A model generated the notes under the pieces. The model worked only from the letters and a program-made list of their open reading frames with translations, was not told the origin of the DNA and did no database searches. From positions 448,001 through 512,000 of the forward strand of contig JAYFMW010000005.1 in assembly GCA_042408215.1 (NCBI GenBank): 64,000 bases of DNA, given 5' to 3'. The translations under genes were made by a program, and so were the position numbers. Shown here one piece after another: positions 53,866-64,000 of the stretch; positions within the stretch are counted from its first letter, which is position 1; the number at the start of each line of letters is the position of its first letter. Source of the DNA: Microcoleus sp. (lineage in GTDB: Bacteria > Cyanobacteriota > Cyanobacteriia > Cyanobacteriales > Microcoleaceae).

Positions 53866-55083
53866 ATGACATACACCATTCGTCCGATGTTTGCAGTACC
53901 CCTGACATCAAAAGCATTGAAACTAGCAAAATCCTTTCAAGAGCAATATGAAAGTCCAGCAAAAGCCAGACAAGTTTATCTAAATACTTTGGCAGTTTAT
54001 GCAGTGGATACCTACTGTCAGTGTTTGGGAATTGAAACCGATTTAGAAGCTTCCGATAGTCTAAATCCAGTCATGCAAACTTTGATGGATGTAGCCGATC
54101 TCGAAATCACAGGTATTGGGAAACTAGAATGCCGTCCCGTGTTACCAACCGATGAAAACTGTTATATTCCGGCGGACACTTGGGAAAATCGGATCGGCTA
54201 TGTAGCGGTAGAAATAGATGAATCATCGAGAGAAGCAACTCTCTTTGGCTTTTACCCAACCATCAACCCTTTAGAAATGATGGAACACATTTCTTTTGAT
54301 AGTTTTCAGCCACTAGAAGCATTTTTAGATCATCTTAATCGACTAGAAACTGCGCTGGATTTTTTTCAGAGTGATGAACCCGTAGCGGTGAAAGTTAGAG
54401 AGAGATTGAACGAACAATCTCTGCCTGAAATTATAGCTGAAATGGAGCGCATCTATCGCACCTATAACAAATACGAGCGACGCTATGCGGCCGGGGAGTT
54501 TTTAGCGAGTTACGCACCAGCAAAACCTGGTTTTGCCTTCAGGGACGGCGCACCAGTTGCGGATAGAGAAGAATTTGATGATTCACAACAAACGGAACTC
54601 CAAGATTTAGCTGAAGAATTGCTAGAAAAATTAGATGAAATCTGGGGTGGAGAACCTGTAAATCAGCCAGTAGAGGTTTTGAGGCAATGGCTTGAGGGGA
54701 TATTCAGGGAAGATTGGCAGCCCAAGGAAGCCGTCTTAACTGCTTATCGTAGAAGCGGAGAACAATCACAAGAGGTGAGTCGTGTTAAGCTGATTGAGTT
54801 AGGCAGTCATGTAGTAGCGTTGTTAGTTTCGGTTGGCTTAGACTCTGAAAATGAATTCAGTATTCATTTACGTTTGTATCCAGCGGGTCGTGCAATTCAT
54901 CTGCCAGAAGGTCTACAATTAACTGCTGTAGATGATGAATCAGGAGAGATTATTTTACAAGCGCAAGCCGAGGAAACAAATGACTGGATACAAGTCATTC
55001 TTGAGGGAGGAACTCCGGGCGATCGCTTCAGTGTCAAAGTAGCGATCGACGATATCAGCATTACGGAATCTTTTGCAATTTAA
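53866..55083 (+). CDS. DUF1822 family protein
   Basis: KARQVYLNTLAVYAV, DVADLEI.GIGKLECRPV, RIGYVAVEI, LRQWLEGIF..DWQ, LPEGLQL, GDRFSVKV. Confidence 0.9.
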   Translation: MTYTIRPMFAVPLTSKALKLAKSFQEQYESPAKARQVYLNTLAVYAVDTYCQCLGIETDLEASDSLNPVMQTLMDVADLEITGIGKLECRPVLPTDENCYIPADTWENRIGYVAVEIDESSREATLFGFYPTINPLEMMEHISFDSFQPLEAFLDHLNRLETALDFFQSDEPVAVKVRERLNEQSLPEIIAEMERIYRTYNKYERRYAAGEFLASYAPAKPGFAFRDGAPVADREEFDDSQQTELQDLAEELLEKLDEIWGGEPVNQPVEVLRQWLEGIFREDWQPKEAVLTAYRRSGEQSQEVSRVKLIELGSHVVALLVSVGLDSENEFSIHLRLYPAGRAIHLPEGLQLTAVDDESGEIILQAQAEETNDWIQVILEGGTPGDRFSVKVAIDDISITESFAI

Positions 55084-55106
55084 CTACAATTTATAGGTTA
55101 ATACGA

Positions 55107-58100
55107 ATGAGTAAGCTAGTTGTATTTGAGTTTTTAGAAGGTGACTTTGAACAAGGGTTTAGGGTCAATGTTTCTTTAGGGCAAGATGGTCTGAATCCTG
55201 CTGTTAAATTCAGAGCAAAACTGAGTCCAGCGACAGAAATACTCAAACAATATAAAGATTGGAAGGAAGCTTTTGAGACAAAAAATACTGGTGGGGACAA
55301 ACCTCAAGCAGAGCCGAATGGTAATTTTAGAGGCTTGAGAGCAGGAAAACAATCAAAAACTAATTCTCGTCAGTCTGCCGATATCCTCGCAAAAAACCTC
55401 AATAATTGGCTGAGCGTAACAGATAAAGAAGTTCAAAAAATCAGCAGAGAGTTAGGCAGATATCTAAATAAAAGCGACGAAATTCGAGTAATTATTCAAA
55501 CTGAAAACTTGGAATTGCAGCGCTTGCCTTGGCATTTGTGGGAAGTTTTTTCTAAAAATTTTCCTCGGACAGAAATTGCGGTTAGCTTGCCAGAGTTCCA
55601 AGAACCAGAAACTCATCCGCCTGCTAGCAAGGATCGAGTCAAAGTTTTAACTGTTATTGGAAATAGTCAGGATTTGGATACAGCCGCAGATCTGCGGGAA
55701 ATAAATGCACTGCCGGGGGCTGATGTAACCACTATTGAACAGCCTACAAAGGAAAAATTAATTGAAAAGCTTGAGGAAGACAACTGGGACGTTCTCTTTT
55801 TTACAGGACATAGTAACACCAAAAAAGAAACTGGTTACTTGGATATTAATTCAACTGATAATAACATAACCATTGCTGACTTAAACGATGCTTTCACAAG
55901 TGCGATTAGTCGGGGTTTGAAGTTAGCAGTTTTTAACTCTTGCGATGGATTGGGATTAGCACGGCAACTGACAAACTTACACATTCCTCAAATCATTGTG
56001 ATGCGAGAATCTGTAGAAGATAAGGTTGCACAAGACTTTTTGAAGCATTTTCTCAAAGCTTATTCTCGCGGGAGGTCTTTGTATGCTTCCGTCCGACAAG
56101 CCCGACAAAAGCTCGAAGAAAACTGGAACGAAAAATTTCCGGGTGCTAGTTGGTTGCCGGTAATTTGTCAAAATCCTGCTGAACTTCCTATGACGTGGTT
56201 TGAAATGCGTCAAGGATTTCGTTCTACAAGTCGCCGATCGCAGTTGCGCGATGATAACGAAGTGACTCTTTTAAATAAAGTTAAAGAATTCTGGATAGAA
56301 GGCTTACTTGAAAAGTCTCTACACGGCAGACTCCGCATAGAACTGGATTTAGAGGAGAGATTGGACGCGATCGCACATCCTTGGGGTATGGTATGGGAAA
56401 CACCCGAACAACTGAGAAGAAAATTAGACCCAGGAACTAGAATTATCGATGTCTTTGAGCGCATGGGAATGGGGGGAGCACTTTTAATTTTAGGGGAACC
56501 CGGAGCGGGAAAAACTACTAGCTTATTAGAATTTGCTGAGGATCGAATTGCTCATGCTGAACAAGATATAACTCTGCCAATTCCAGTAGTATTTAACTTA
56601 TCTACTTGGAGAGGTGGGAGGCAAACCCTGTTTGATTGGTTAGTGGAAGAACTTTGGGGAAAATATAGGGTTTCTAAAGCTTTGAGCAAGGATTGGATTA
56701 GTCGTGAAAAATTGTTACCTCTTTTAGATGGTTTAGATGAAGTTCGCGAAGACCGACGGGAGTCCTGCATTCAAGCGATTCATCAGTTTATTCAAATCTA
56801 TGGAAAAACAGAAGTTGTTGTGTGCAGTCGTATTGCAGACTACCAGAGGCTAAAAACGCGATTTAAATTTCAAGGAGCCATTTTTATAGATGCCGTGAAG
56901 GAGCGACAAATAGAAGACTATCTTTGACAAGGCTGGCTCAGGTTTGACAGCATTAAGAACTGCATTAAAAACCGATCAAATACTGAAAGAATTAGCGAAG
57001 TCACCGCTAACTCTCAATGTGATGACATGGGCGTACTGGAATGATAGAGAGTTGCCCAGCATAAACTCATTTGAAGAAAGAAGAAAACATCTTTTTGACA
57101 GATATATTCAACGAATGTTTGACCGTCGTAAGAAAGAAGATGCAAAAGATCCCAATCAGGGAGGTACAGAGCAACCTTACTTACAAGCTCAGACTGAGGG
57201 CTGGCTGATTTTTCTTGCAGATCAGATGCAGCAAAAATCTAAAACTATTTTTTTAATTGAAGAAATTCAAATTAATTGGTTGAAATCGGATTTACAAAGA
57301 AATATATATTCTATTCTCTACGCTTTCGTAAATGGTTTGCTACTATTTTCCTTAATTAACTTTACATTTATAATAGGATCTTTGTTTTTTCAAAGAAGTT
57401 TAGAGTATGAGTCTATTAAACTTTCTCTTTGGGGAGGACTTATTTCTGGACTAATTTATACTGTAACAACTCTTATCACAAACTACGAATCTGTATTCAG
57501 CAATGAAAAAACACAAATTCAAACCATTGAAACTTTAAAATGGTCGTGGAAAAGATTTTGGAGAATCTTGCCTTCCAGCATTCTCTTATTGTTTATATTT
57601 CTTCAAATCGCTAAATATTGTTTCGATAGAGAATGGATTACCTTTGAATTTTGGAAAATAATGGAAACTAACTTAATTATAGGTTTTGTACCAGTTATTT
57701 TAACGAAGGTCATGGAAGGGCCGAATTTAAATATAGATAAAAAAACATTTCCTAACCAAGGGATTCGACTGACAGCAATTAATTCAGCTTTACTTTCTGT
57801 GCCTTATGTCTTTATTGGCACTTTAGTTTTTTGGGGAATATTTATGTGGCAAAAATTCGACCTAATAACTAGCTTATCCGTTGCACCGATAGGTGGAATT
57901 TTCTATGGATTAATTATGTGGTTCTCCTCTGCAAAAGCAATTTTTCAGCACTTTTTTGTACGACTTTTACTCCGCTGTTATGGATATATACCTTGGAATT
58001 ATGCTCATTTCCTTGACCACGCCACTGAGCGCATTTTTTTACAAAAGGTTGGCGGGGGCTACCTCTTCATTCATCGACTACTGCGAGATCATTTTGCCAA

Positions 58101-58116
58101 TCGTCAGCAAAATTAA
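55107..58116 (+). CDS. CHAT-NACHT-multi-TM protein, split by a +1 T near 56925
   Basis: LQRLPWHLW, FFTGHS, FNSCDGLGLA, WLPVICQNP; GEPGAGKTT, LLDGLDEV; repaired junction EDYLDKAGSGLTALR; C-terminal TMs and VGGGYLFIHRLL. Confidence 0.88.
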
Positions 58117-58279
58117 GTAAAAAAAATGAATAATTGAGTATCTACAAGAAACTTCATTAGCCTCATCCGCCAAAACCCCGCCGAAGTGCCCCCGAAATGG
58201 CGATCGCTCCACCATACCTAAACCCCCAAAAACAATTGGCCTCAAGAATGGTAGATATTCCTGAATGGGCGGCTGATTA

Positions 58280-58415
58280 TATAGCAATCCTAAATCATTC
58301 ATGAGGATTTGTAGGGGTAGTGCTACCCCTACTCCCCGTGCCTACCCCTATCTATCGGGCAACCACGGGGGGATTGCCCCTACAATAATTATGCAAATCA
58401 TTTAGGATTGCTATA
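58280..58415. mobile_element. MITE with TATAGCAATCCTAAAT/ATTTAGGATTGCTATA TIRs enclosing a GTAGGGG...CCCCTAC palindrome
   Basis: 16-bp perfect inverted ends. Confidence 0.85.
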
Positions 58416-58435
58416 TTGTGTTTCTGCAAACGATG

Positions 58436-59182
58436 TCACTGAGTCAAAGCTTTCAGAAATGTCTGCAATTCTGCCATAAAACCTTTCTTTTTTAGCGGTT
58501 TTGCAGGTGCGGTGGAATCTGGATCGGCGGTTCCCAAGGCTTTAGCTAAAATCCGCTCTAAATCGTCTCCTACGGGTTTTTGGGCGGTTTCGGAAATGAG
58601 TTCATATTCGTCGTTTGTTTCTAGCCAAACTTGCCAGGGTTGAGGGTAGCAGCGGAATAGGGCTGCACTTTCTAGGGGTCTGATGTAGTAGCAGGATTCG
58701 ATTTTGTTCAGGAATCGATCGCGCAATTGGCGCCCTGCATACCCTATACCTATGGTGGCAACGTCTTCGAGGCGCGGGTTGAGTATAATTACTGGGCGAT
58801 CGCCCGCAGCGATGTACAGTCTTTCGACTTGAGCAACTTCTACCGCTGCGGGATTGATCAACAGAAAAAGTTGGTCATCCGGTTCTATTTTATCTTCAAC
58901 GGGGGTGCGGCTGCTGCCCAAATCTGTCACTTTAAACAGTGTTTTTCCCCAGTCGCGGCGTGCGAGGGCGGCTGCACCGGTATCGGGAAATAAGACTTTG
59001 ACGCCGGAGTAGATTTGTTCAAATTCTGGGACGAATTGTTCGGCGATCGACTGTGCTTGGAGGGCGATTTCTGGGAATACTAATTCTACTTGCAGTAGAG
59101 TTTTGCCGTCTGAGAGGGCGGCGGCGGTTGCAATGCGGGATTGGGCGATCGCCTCGTTGAGATCCTTTGGCAGTTCAGTCAT
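58436..59182 (-). CDS. DUF1995 family protein
   Basis: FPDTGAAALARRDW, LNPRLED, GIGYAGRQLRDRF, FRCYP..WQV. Confidence 0.88.
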   Translation of the reverse strand: MTELPKDLNEAIAQSRIATAAALSDGKTLLQVELVFPEIALQAQSIAEQFVPEFEQIYSGVKVLFPDTGAAALARRDWGKTLFKVTDLGSSRTPVEDKIEPDDQLFLLINPAAVEVAQVERLYIAAGDRPVIILNPRLEDVATIGIGYAGRQLRDRFLNKIESCYYIRPLESAALFRCYPQPWQVWLETNDEYELISETAQKPVGDDLERILAKALGTADPDSTAPAKPLKKKGFMAELQTFLKALTQ

Positions 59183-59228
59183 TAATCTGATTTTTTTACT
59201 GAAATTCTATCAATCTAATTTTACAGCA

Positions 59229-59960
59229 TCAAGGGACAAAAGCTAACACCGATACCGGGGAGCCGGAACCTCCTAAAAGTCGCAAAATTCCTATAACTAA
59301 AGTGATGTCGGCTGCTGGTAACTGGTCGAGATTAGCCAGATTTTCCAGGACGATTCCCTGATGTTCTAACACCAGTTTGTTGACAGCGAAACTTTCATCT
59401 TGTCCCGGATCGACTCCGTGAGTATCGGTGCCAACTCCTGCTATTAACCGTTTTTTTTGCAAAAATTGAGTTACTGCTTCGCCAAATCCGGGAAAGTGGC
59501 AAATCCCGTCATTGTCTCGATTCAAAAAACTTTTTTCATTCTCCCATTTCTCCTGCCATCCGGTATATAATATAATTAGATTTCCTGGTTCTATAAATCG
59601 GTGTTGCTGTTCCCAATTTAATACATCGTCTATTGTTAAAGTGTAGTCTGGGTTGGCAAGACTTTGGTCGCGAATGTCGATCGCAATTGCCGGCACAACT
59701 AGGGACTGCGGGGGATAATTATCAATACTCGCGCCTCCTGAATCAAAGCTGTTGGGTGCATTCATGTGAGTGCCGCTGTGTTCGCCCATCGAGAATTTTC
59801 GCAAAAAATACCCGTCTGTTTCTATTTGGGCTACTGTTTCAATTTCTGGGGCTGGATCTCCTGGCCAAATGGGAATATTTGGGTGAATTTTATGGGTTAA
59901 GTCTACTATTTTGCTGTAGGCGATGGTTTTGAGATTGTTTGAGTTTAATTGGTTTGTCAT
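59229..59960 (-). CDS. Cyclase family (kynurenine formamidase-like) protein
   Basis: DLTH, WPGDP, EHSGTHMNAP, GTDTHGVD, LENLANL, GGSGSP. Confidence 0.88.
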   Translation of the reverse strand: MTNQLNSNNLKTIAYSKIVDLTHKIHPNIPIWPGDPAPEIETVAQIETDGYFLRKFSMGEHSGTHMNAPNSFDSGGASIDNYPPQSLVVPAIAIDIRDQSLANPDYTLTIDDVLNWEQQHRFIEPGNLIILYTGWQEKWENEKSFLNRDNDGICHFPGFGEAVTQFLQKKRLIAGVGTDTHGVDPGQDESFAVNKLVLEHQGIVLENLANLDQLPAADITLVIGILRLLGGSGSPVSVLAFVP

Positions 59961-60143
59961 ATCGTTTTCGATTGTTTTTGAAGTATTTAACCGCAGAGGG
60001 CGCAGAGGGCGCAGAGTCGGAGAAGAGAGGGATGGTTGATTCGGATATGAATGGATTTGAGATCGTTGGGTAAACTAGATTTATTATTTATTAAGCATGG
60101 TTGATTTTTTGACCGTCTGCGCTCTCAATCTAAAATCTACAAT

Positions 60144-61208
60144 CTAAAATTCGATTAGTCGATCGAGGGTTGCTTCCATTACATCTTTTGTTTGCCCGGA
60201 AACAGTATACACTAAAGCTTCTCGATAAATTCTCCCGGCTGGGTGCTTTTTACTATTAGCCGCACCGCTGGAAACTGCTACCGCTGCGTGCCCGCAGCGC
60301 ACGGCTAAGTCTATTGCTTGGGCTCGCAGGGCTAGTTTTTCGGCTGTGGAGCTATACTGAGATTGTTGGAAATTCTGTTTTAGTCGATCGAGCTTTTGCT
60401 CTAATTTTTGGTAAGCACTAACTATAAAAGGTAGATGCTTAGTCTGGGCTGCTGCTGCAATTACATCCAATCCGGCTCGAATACAACCAAAAGTAACTGG
60501 CACAAAATTCAGTACATTTTTGCGATCGTTTTCCACAATCCAGTCTTTCGGTTTAACTGAAATTACTTGCGATTCATCCAATAACCAATTAGTCAGAGTT
60601 GCTGTTACAGTATTAGTGGAACTCATGGCGATTAAATGCATGATTTCTCCGCAGGCAATTTGACCAGATTCAGATTCAATATTGGCAAATGGTAGTAATC
60701 CGAAAACAGCGCGATCGTCAGGAAGTACCGCAGCTACAATAAACTTTTGAAATAATCCAAAACCTGTTACCCAAGGAACTTTACCTGATAGTAAATACCC
60801 ATCTTTTGCGGGTGTTGCGGTGACAGCAGGATTTCCCGATCGCCTCAACTGCGAAAACCCAATACCCAATCGCAACTCTCCAAGGGCGATCGCCCTCAAG
60901 CATCTACTTTTTAGCATTTCATTGTCGCTGTTAGCAAGCATTGCAGTTGCGCTGTGGTGTTGAGTTTGCATAAAACCTAAAGCGCCGGAATATCGCGCTG
61001 TCAATTCCTGATATTCATAAAAAGTTTCTGCATCGATATCTACGCCGCCCCATTTTTGGGGGACTCGCAACGCTAAGAGCGATCGATCTTCTAATCCTGC
61101 AAGTGCTGTTTTCAGCGCTTCCGAGTCGCTGTCAATAAGTTCAGCATCGGCTGCAACGCAGTTTTGCAGATAAGTTTCTGTGCTGTTGAGAATATCTGGA
61201 AAATCCAT
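60144..61208 (-). CDS. Acyl-CoA dehydrogenase family protein
   Basis: VPQKWGG, LSGKVPWVTG, HPAGRIYREA. Confidence 0.85.
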   Translation of the reverse strand: MDFPDILNSTETYLQNCVAADAELIDSDSEALKTALAGLEDRSLLALRVPQKWGGVDIDAETFYEYQELTARYSGALGFMQTQHHSATAMLANSDNEMLKSRCLRAIALGELRLGIGFSQLRRSGNPAVTATPAKDGYLLSGKVPWVTGFGLFQKFIVAAVLPDDRAVFGLLPFANIESESGQIACGEIMHLIAMSSTNTVTATLTNWLLDESQVISVKPKDWIVENDRKNVLNFVPVTFGCIRAGLDVIAAAAQTKHLPFIVSAYQKLEQKLDRLKQNFQQSQYSSTAEKLALRAQAIDLAVRCGHAAVAVSSGAANSKKHPAGRIYREALVYTVSGQTKDVMEATLDRLIEF

Positions 61209-61348
61209 TTTTTTGCGAAGGAAGAACGAAGTTTGGCAACGGATTATGTAACGTATTTAATGGATGTAAAGGATGTCAGGAACAGGGAATAAGGAAGAGA
61301 GAAGACGGAAAAGGGAAGAGGGGAAAATCAAGAATAAAGAATAAAGAA

Positions 61349-61400
61349 ACTATTCCCTATTCCCTATTCCCTATTCCCTATTCCCTATTCCCTATTCCCA
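61349..61400. repeat. STRR (CTATTCC)n
   Basis: About 7 tandem heptamers after the rfbF stop. Confidence 0.9.
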
Positions 61401-61401
61401 A

Positions 61402-62178
61402 CTATTCCCACACTTTCCAAGGAGCTTCTCCTCGATCCCAAAGTTCGTTTAAATACTTATATTCTCGATAAGTATCCATTGCATAGAAAAAGCCTTCGTG
61501 GCGATAAGCCATCAACTCTCCGTCTGCTGCCAAACGCTGCATCGGCTCCTGTTCTAAGATACAGTTATCTCCCCCCAAATAGTCAAATACCCGGCGGTTG
61601 AAGATCATATATCCAACACTAATCCAGCCATCTATTTGAGGTTTTTCACTAAATTCGAGTACGCGCCCTTGACGATCTACATCTAAGATTCCAAAGCGAG
61701 AAATAGGGCGAAACGTCGTAACAGTTGCCAGCTTACCATGAGCTTTGTGAAAAGCGATTAATTTTTCAATATTTACATCAGCAACTCCATCCCCGTATGT
61801 CACCATGAAATTATCGCGATCGATATATTTTTCGATCCGTTTTACCCGCCCTCCCGTCATGCTTTCCGCGCCTGTTTCAGCCAGGGTAACATTAAAATCT
61901 TGTTCTCGATGTTCCTCCTGATAGGTGATGCTATTTTTGCGACCTAAGCAGATAGTAAAGTCATTGTTCATGGCTTCATAATTGAGGAAATATTCTTTAA
62001 TCATGTTGCCGCGATAGCCCAAGCACACAATAAAGTTTTGGAAACCGTAGTGTGCATAGATCTTCATGATGTGCCAAATAATCGGATGCCCCCCCACATC
62101 AACTAAGGGTTTGGGGCGAAATTCTGTTTCTTCTCTGAGACGAGTACCGAGACCGCCGGCTAGGATAACTACTTGCAT
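61402..62178 (-). CDS. rfbF: Glucose-1-phosphate cytidylyltransferase
   Basis: ILAGGLGTRLREET..RPKP, MTGGRVKR, TYGDGV, MDTYRE, APWKVW. Confidence 0.93.
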   Translation of the reverse strand: MQVVILAGGLGTRLREETEFRPKPLVDVGGHPIIWHIMKIYAHYGFQNFIVCLGYRGNMIKEYFLNYEAMNNDFTICLGRKNSITYQEEHREQDFNVTLAETGAESMTGGRVKRIEKYIDRDNFMVTYGDGVADVNIEKLIAFHKAHGKLATVTTFRPISRFGILDVDRQGRVLEFSEKPQIDGWISVGYMIFNRRVFDYLGGDNCILEQEPMQRLAADGELMAYRHEGFFYAMDTYREYKYLNELWDRGEAPWKVWE

Positions 62179-62306
62179 TTTTTCAAATTTTTAAAGATAA
62201 TCAACTAACTTAGCATTAATCCTTCGTCATTTGTTCAAAGAATTATTAACATCTTCTCATAGTTAGTTAAGCTTTGTAAATCGATTAAATATGATAATAT
62301 TTTAAA

Positions 62307-62665
62307 TATAGCAATTTTCAATGGGATGAAATACAGCAGACGGCTGTAGGGACACTCAAGCGTGCCCATTGGTGTCAACTTAACGTTAAACTCAGTCAGA
62401 GACTGCTGTTTGACTATTAAACTTAGATCCCCCCGCATTCTTGCCCCCTACTCAACCCCTACTCCCCTTAGGAAGGGGAGTAGGGGAGTAGGGGGTGTGG
62501 GACAGGAATCTTCTCAAAGTCACCCTTCTTAAGGGGGATTTAGGGGGATCTAGACTGGGGTGAAAGCGAGATTTCTCATGGCTTTCAGGCTTAAGTTGAC
62601 ACTAATGGGCACGCTTGAGTGTCCCTACCGGACCTCTGTATTTCACTCAACTGAGAAATGCTATA
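62307..62665. mobile_element. Three-layer nested repeat: TATAGC MITE > REP-like palindrome > GCCCATTGGTGTCAAC MITE
   Basis: Outer ends 62307/62665, REP arms 62346/62628, inner TIRs 62364/62610. Confidence 0.85.
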
Positions 62666-62705
62666 TACACAGCTATACTGAATATAATAAAGAGCTCCAA
62701 CTGTC

Positions 62706-63236
62706 ATGAAAACTCAACTCGAACGCTGGACAAAATTTTTAGGTATCCTGTGCACCATTGCCTCAATAATTATCTTATTTCAATCGGCAATAACTCCTGT
62801 TTCGGCACAGCATATCTCAAGTATACCTGAACAAACCAACGTAGCTTTTGCACCGGGCATACCGGGCGGCGGATTAGACTTTCACGAAGCAGCAGGAGGA
62901 CACACTTTAGAGAAACACATTGGCAAAACAGAAGCAGAATTAGCACAGCGACTCGCCAGCGATCGGAGAATTTCTGCCGCATCTTCCTTTACCTATCGTT
63001 CCGTCGCCGAATCCGCGATTGCGGAAGCAATGGAAGAAAAGAAAAGTGCGATCGACTCCTGGGTAAAAAAGGGAACCAATCGTTATACGATCAAATACGA
63101 CACCCACAAAATAATTGGCATTACTCTCGCCCGTCGCGCTTCCAAAGCAACTTCCACATCTCGCCTGAAAATCATCCTTCAGCGCAGCACCAAATTATCT
63201 CCCGGATACTTTATTTTGACAGCTTATCCCGAATGA
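62706..63236 (+). CDS. Signal-peptide protein with bacterial RNase A-like (CdiA-CT type) toxin domain
   Basis: Signal peptide ending ...PVSA-Q; HEAAGGHTLEKHIGKT, AASSF, C-terminal ILTAYP. Confidence 0.8.
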   Translation: MKTQLERWTKFLGILCTIASIIILFQSAITPVSAQHISSIPEQTNVAFAPGIPGGGLDFHEAAGGHTLEKHIGKTEAELAQRLASDRRISAASSFTYRSVAESAIAEAMEEKKSAIDSWVKKGTNRYTIKYDTHKIIGITLARRASKATSTSRLKIILQRSTKLSPGYFILTAYPE

Positions 63237-63532
63237 ACAATCAATTTCCTAATTTAACCCAATTTTTCAGTTCCTACTTTCATCAAGACTGGCCCCTAGA
63301 AGCCAGCAGCGCTAATGAAGTAGTCGAAAATTACCGCCATAGCGAATCGCCAGAAAGTGTTGAATCTGCATTAGCGGAACTCAATAAACTGCTAGAAATG
63401 TCGATCGCCCCAGCCGATTTAGAAACATTTATTCTGGAGGAATTGGGGTGTTACTACAACCCCGAAGCCGACAATCAAACTGTCACAGAGTGGTTGGAAT
63501 GGGTGCAAAAGTCTTTGAATAATCCCAGCTAA
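63233..63532 (+). CDS. CdiI-type immunity protein
   Basis: FPNLTQFFSSYFHQDW, acidic, C-terminal EWL; ATGA overlap with the toxin gene. Confidence 0.8.
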   Translation: MNNQFPNLTQFFSSYFHQDWPLEASSANEVVENYRHSESPESVESALAELNKLLEMSIAPADLETFILEELGCYYNPEADNQTVTEWLEWVQKSLNNPS

Positions 63533-63638
63533 ACTCTATGTATTTGTAAGGACGCGGCTATATATTTGTAAGGACACGGCAGTGCCGTGTCCCTACAATT
63601 TGTCTATATATTTGTAGGGACACGGCACTGCCGTGTCC

Positions 63639-64000
63639 CTATTTACTAACAGTCAATAAATAACCTTCATGTACATTGAAGTTAGGAATAACATAATTCA
63701 AATCATTTCTAACAACAGACACACTTTCTTCTTTGACAGTGACAAGCTTTTGCACAGCTCTTTCTTGATTGTTAGGAATTTTCTCTAATTTGAGACGGAT
63801 TTTTTGACCGCTTTGGATACCTAGCTGTGGCAAATTTCTGAGGTTTAAAGTGACGGTTGTTGCTGAGGAATAATTGCGATCGAAATAACCCAAAAGCACC
63901 TGTGCGTTGCCTTCAGGATTTGACTTGCTGGCTAAAGCGACAACGCGATCGCGATCTGACTGACTCAGCACCCGCGAATTAACTCCGTCAGCATAAGCTT
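63639..64000 (-). CDS. 3' end of a gene entering from beyond the window (beta-sandwich-like C-terminus)
   Basis: ORF 63639-63971 lies at the window edge and probably extends past it; function not assignable. Confidence 0.55.
   Translation of the reverse strand, partial: AYADGVNSRVLSQSDRDRVVALASKSNPEGNAQVLLGYFDRNYSSATTVTLNLRNLPQLGIQSGQKIRLKLEKIPNNQERAVQKLVTVKEESVSVVRNDLNYVIPNFNVHEGYLLTVSK

Larger units (their letters stand above)
1..64000. repeat. HIP1 octamer (GCGATCGC) highly over-represented throughout
   Basis: GCGATCGC/CGATCG recurs in nearly every gene and spacer, which is typical of cyanobacteria. Confidence 0.95.

Noticed and set aside
1..64000. rRNA, tRNA, prophage structural genes, retron or group II intron
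   Set aside because: No recognisable signatures by eye; a covariance search was not possible.

Overview
Chromosomal window of a filamentous cyanobacterium (Microcoleus/Oscillatoriales-like, inferred from dense HIP1 GCGATCGC, heptamer STRR arrays and REP-like palindromes). Core-type genes: hoxE-hoxF-adhE-adh fermentation cluster, two hybrid histidine kinases with an orphan solute-binding protein, a Ser/Thr kinase-TPR protein, ycf54, a GT4, moxR-ribF-MBL hydrolase, an M48 protease, a metallophosphoesterase and rfbF. Accessory content: (i) a dense set of OMEGA-type elements, namely two IS607 elements, an intact and two decayed TTTAT-targeting IS200/IS605 tnpB elements, and at least four non-autonomous derivatives that keep only the ends and omegaRNA region. 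One of these is a stand-alone IscB-type HEARO RNA inserted directly before a start codon, whose predicted guide has a 16/17 match with a TTGA flank 4 kb away. (ii) A decayed island encoding an RdRP/YonO-like polymerase homolog lacking its DxDGD core, next to AlkB-, DUF4326- and SLOG-domain remnants. (iii) An immunity-like region: NYN, TPR-CHAT with 11 mosaic 138-bp repeats, and sigma-like/DUF1822/CHAT-NACHT. (iv) A cas10 5' remnant. (v) A signal-peptide RNase A-like toxin with a CdiI-type immunity gene. Several long genes carry 1-2 bp indels, mostly in homopolymers, which may be assembly errors. No rRNA, tRNA or CRISPR array was seen. All family assignments are from motif recognition; no database search was run.
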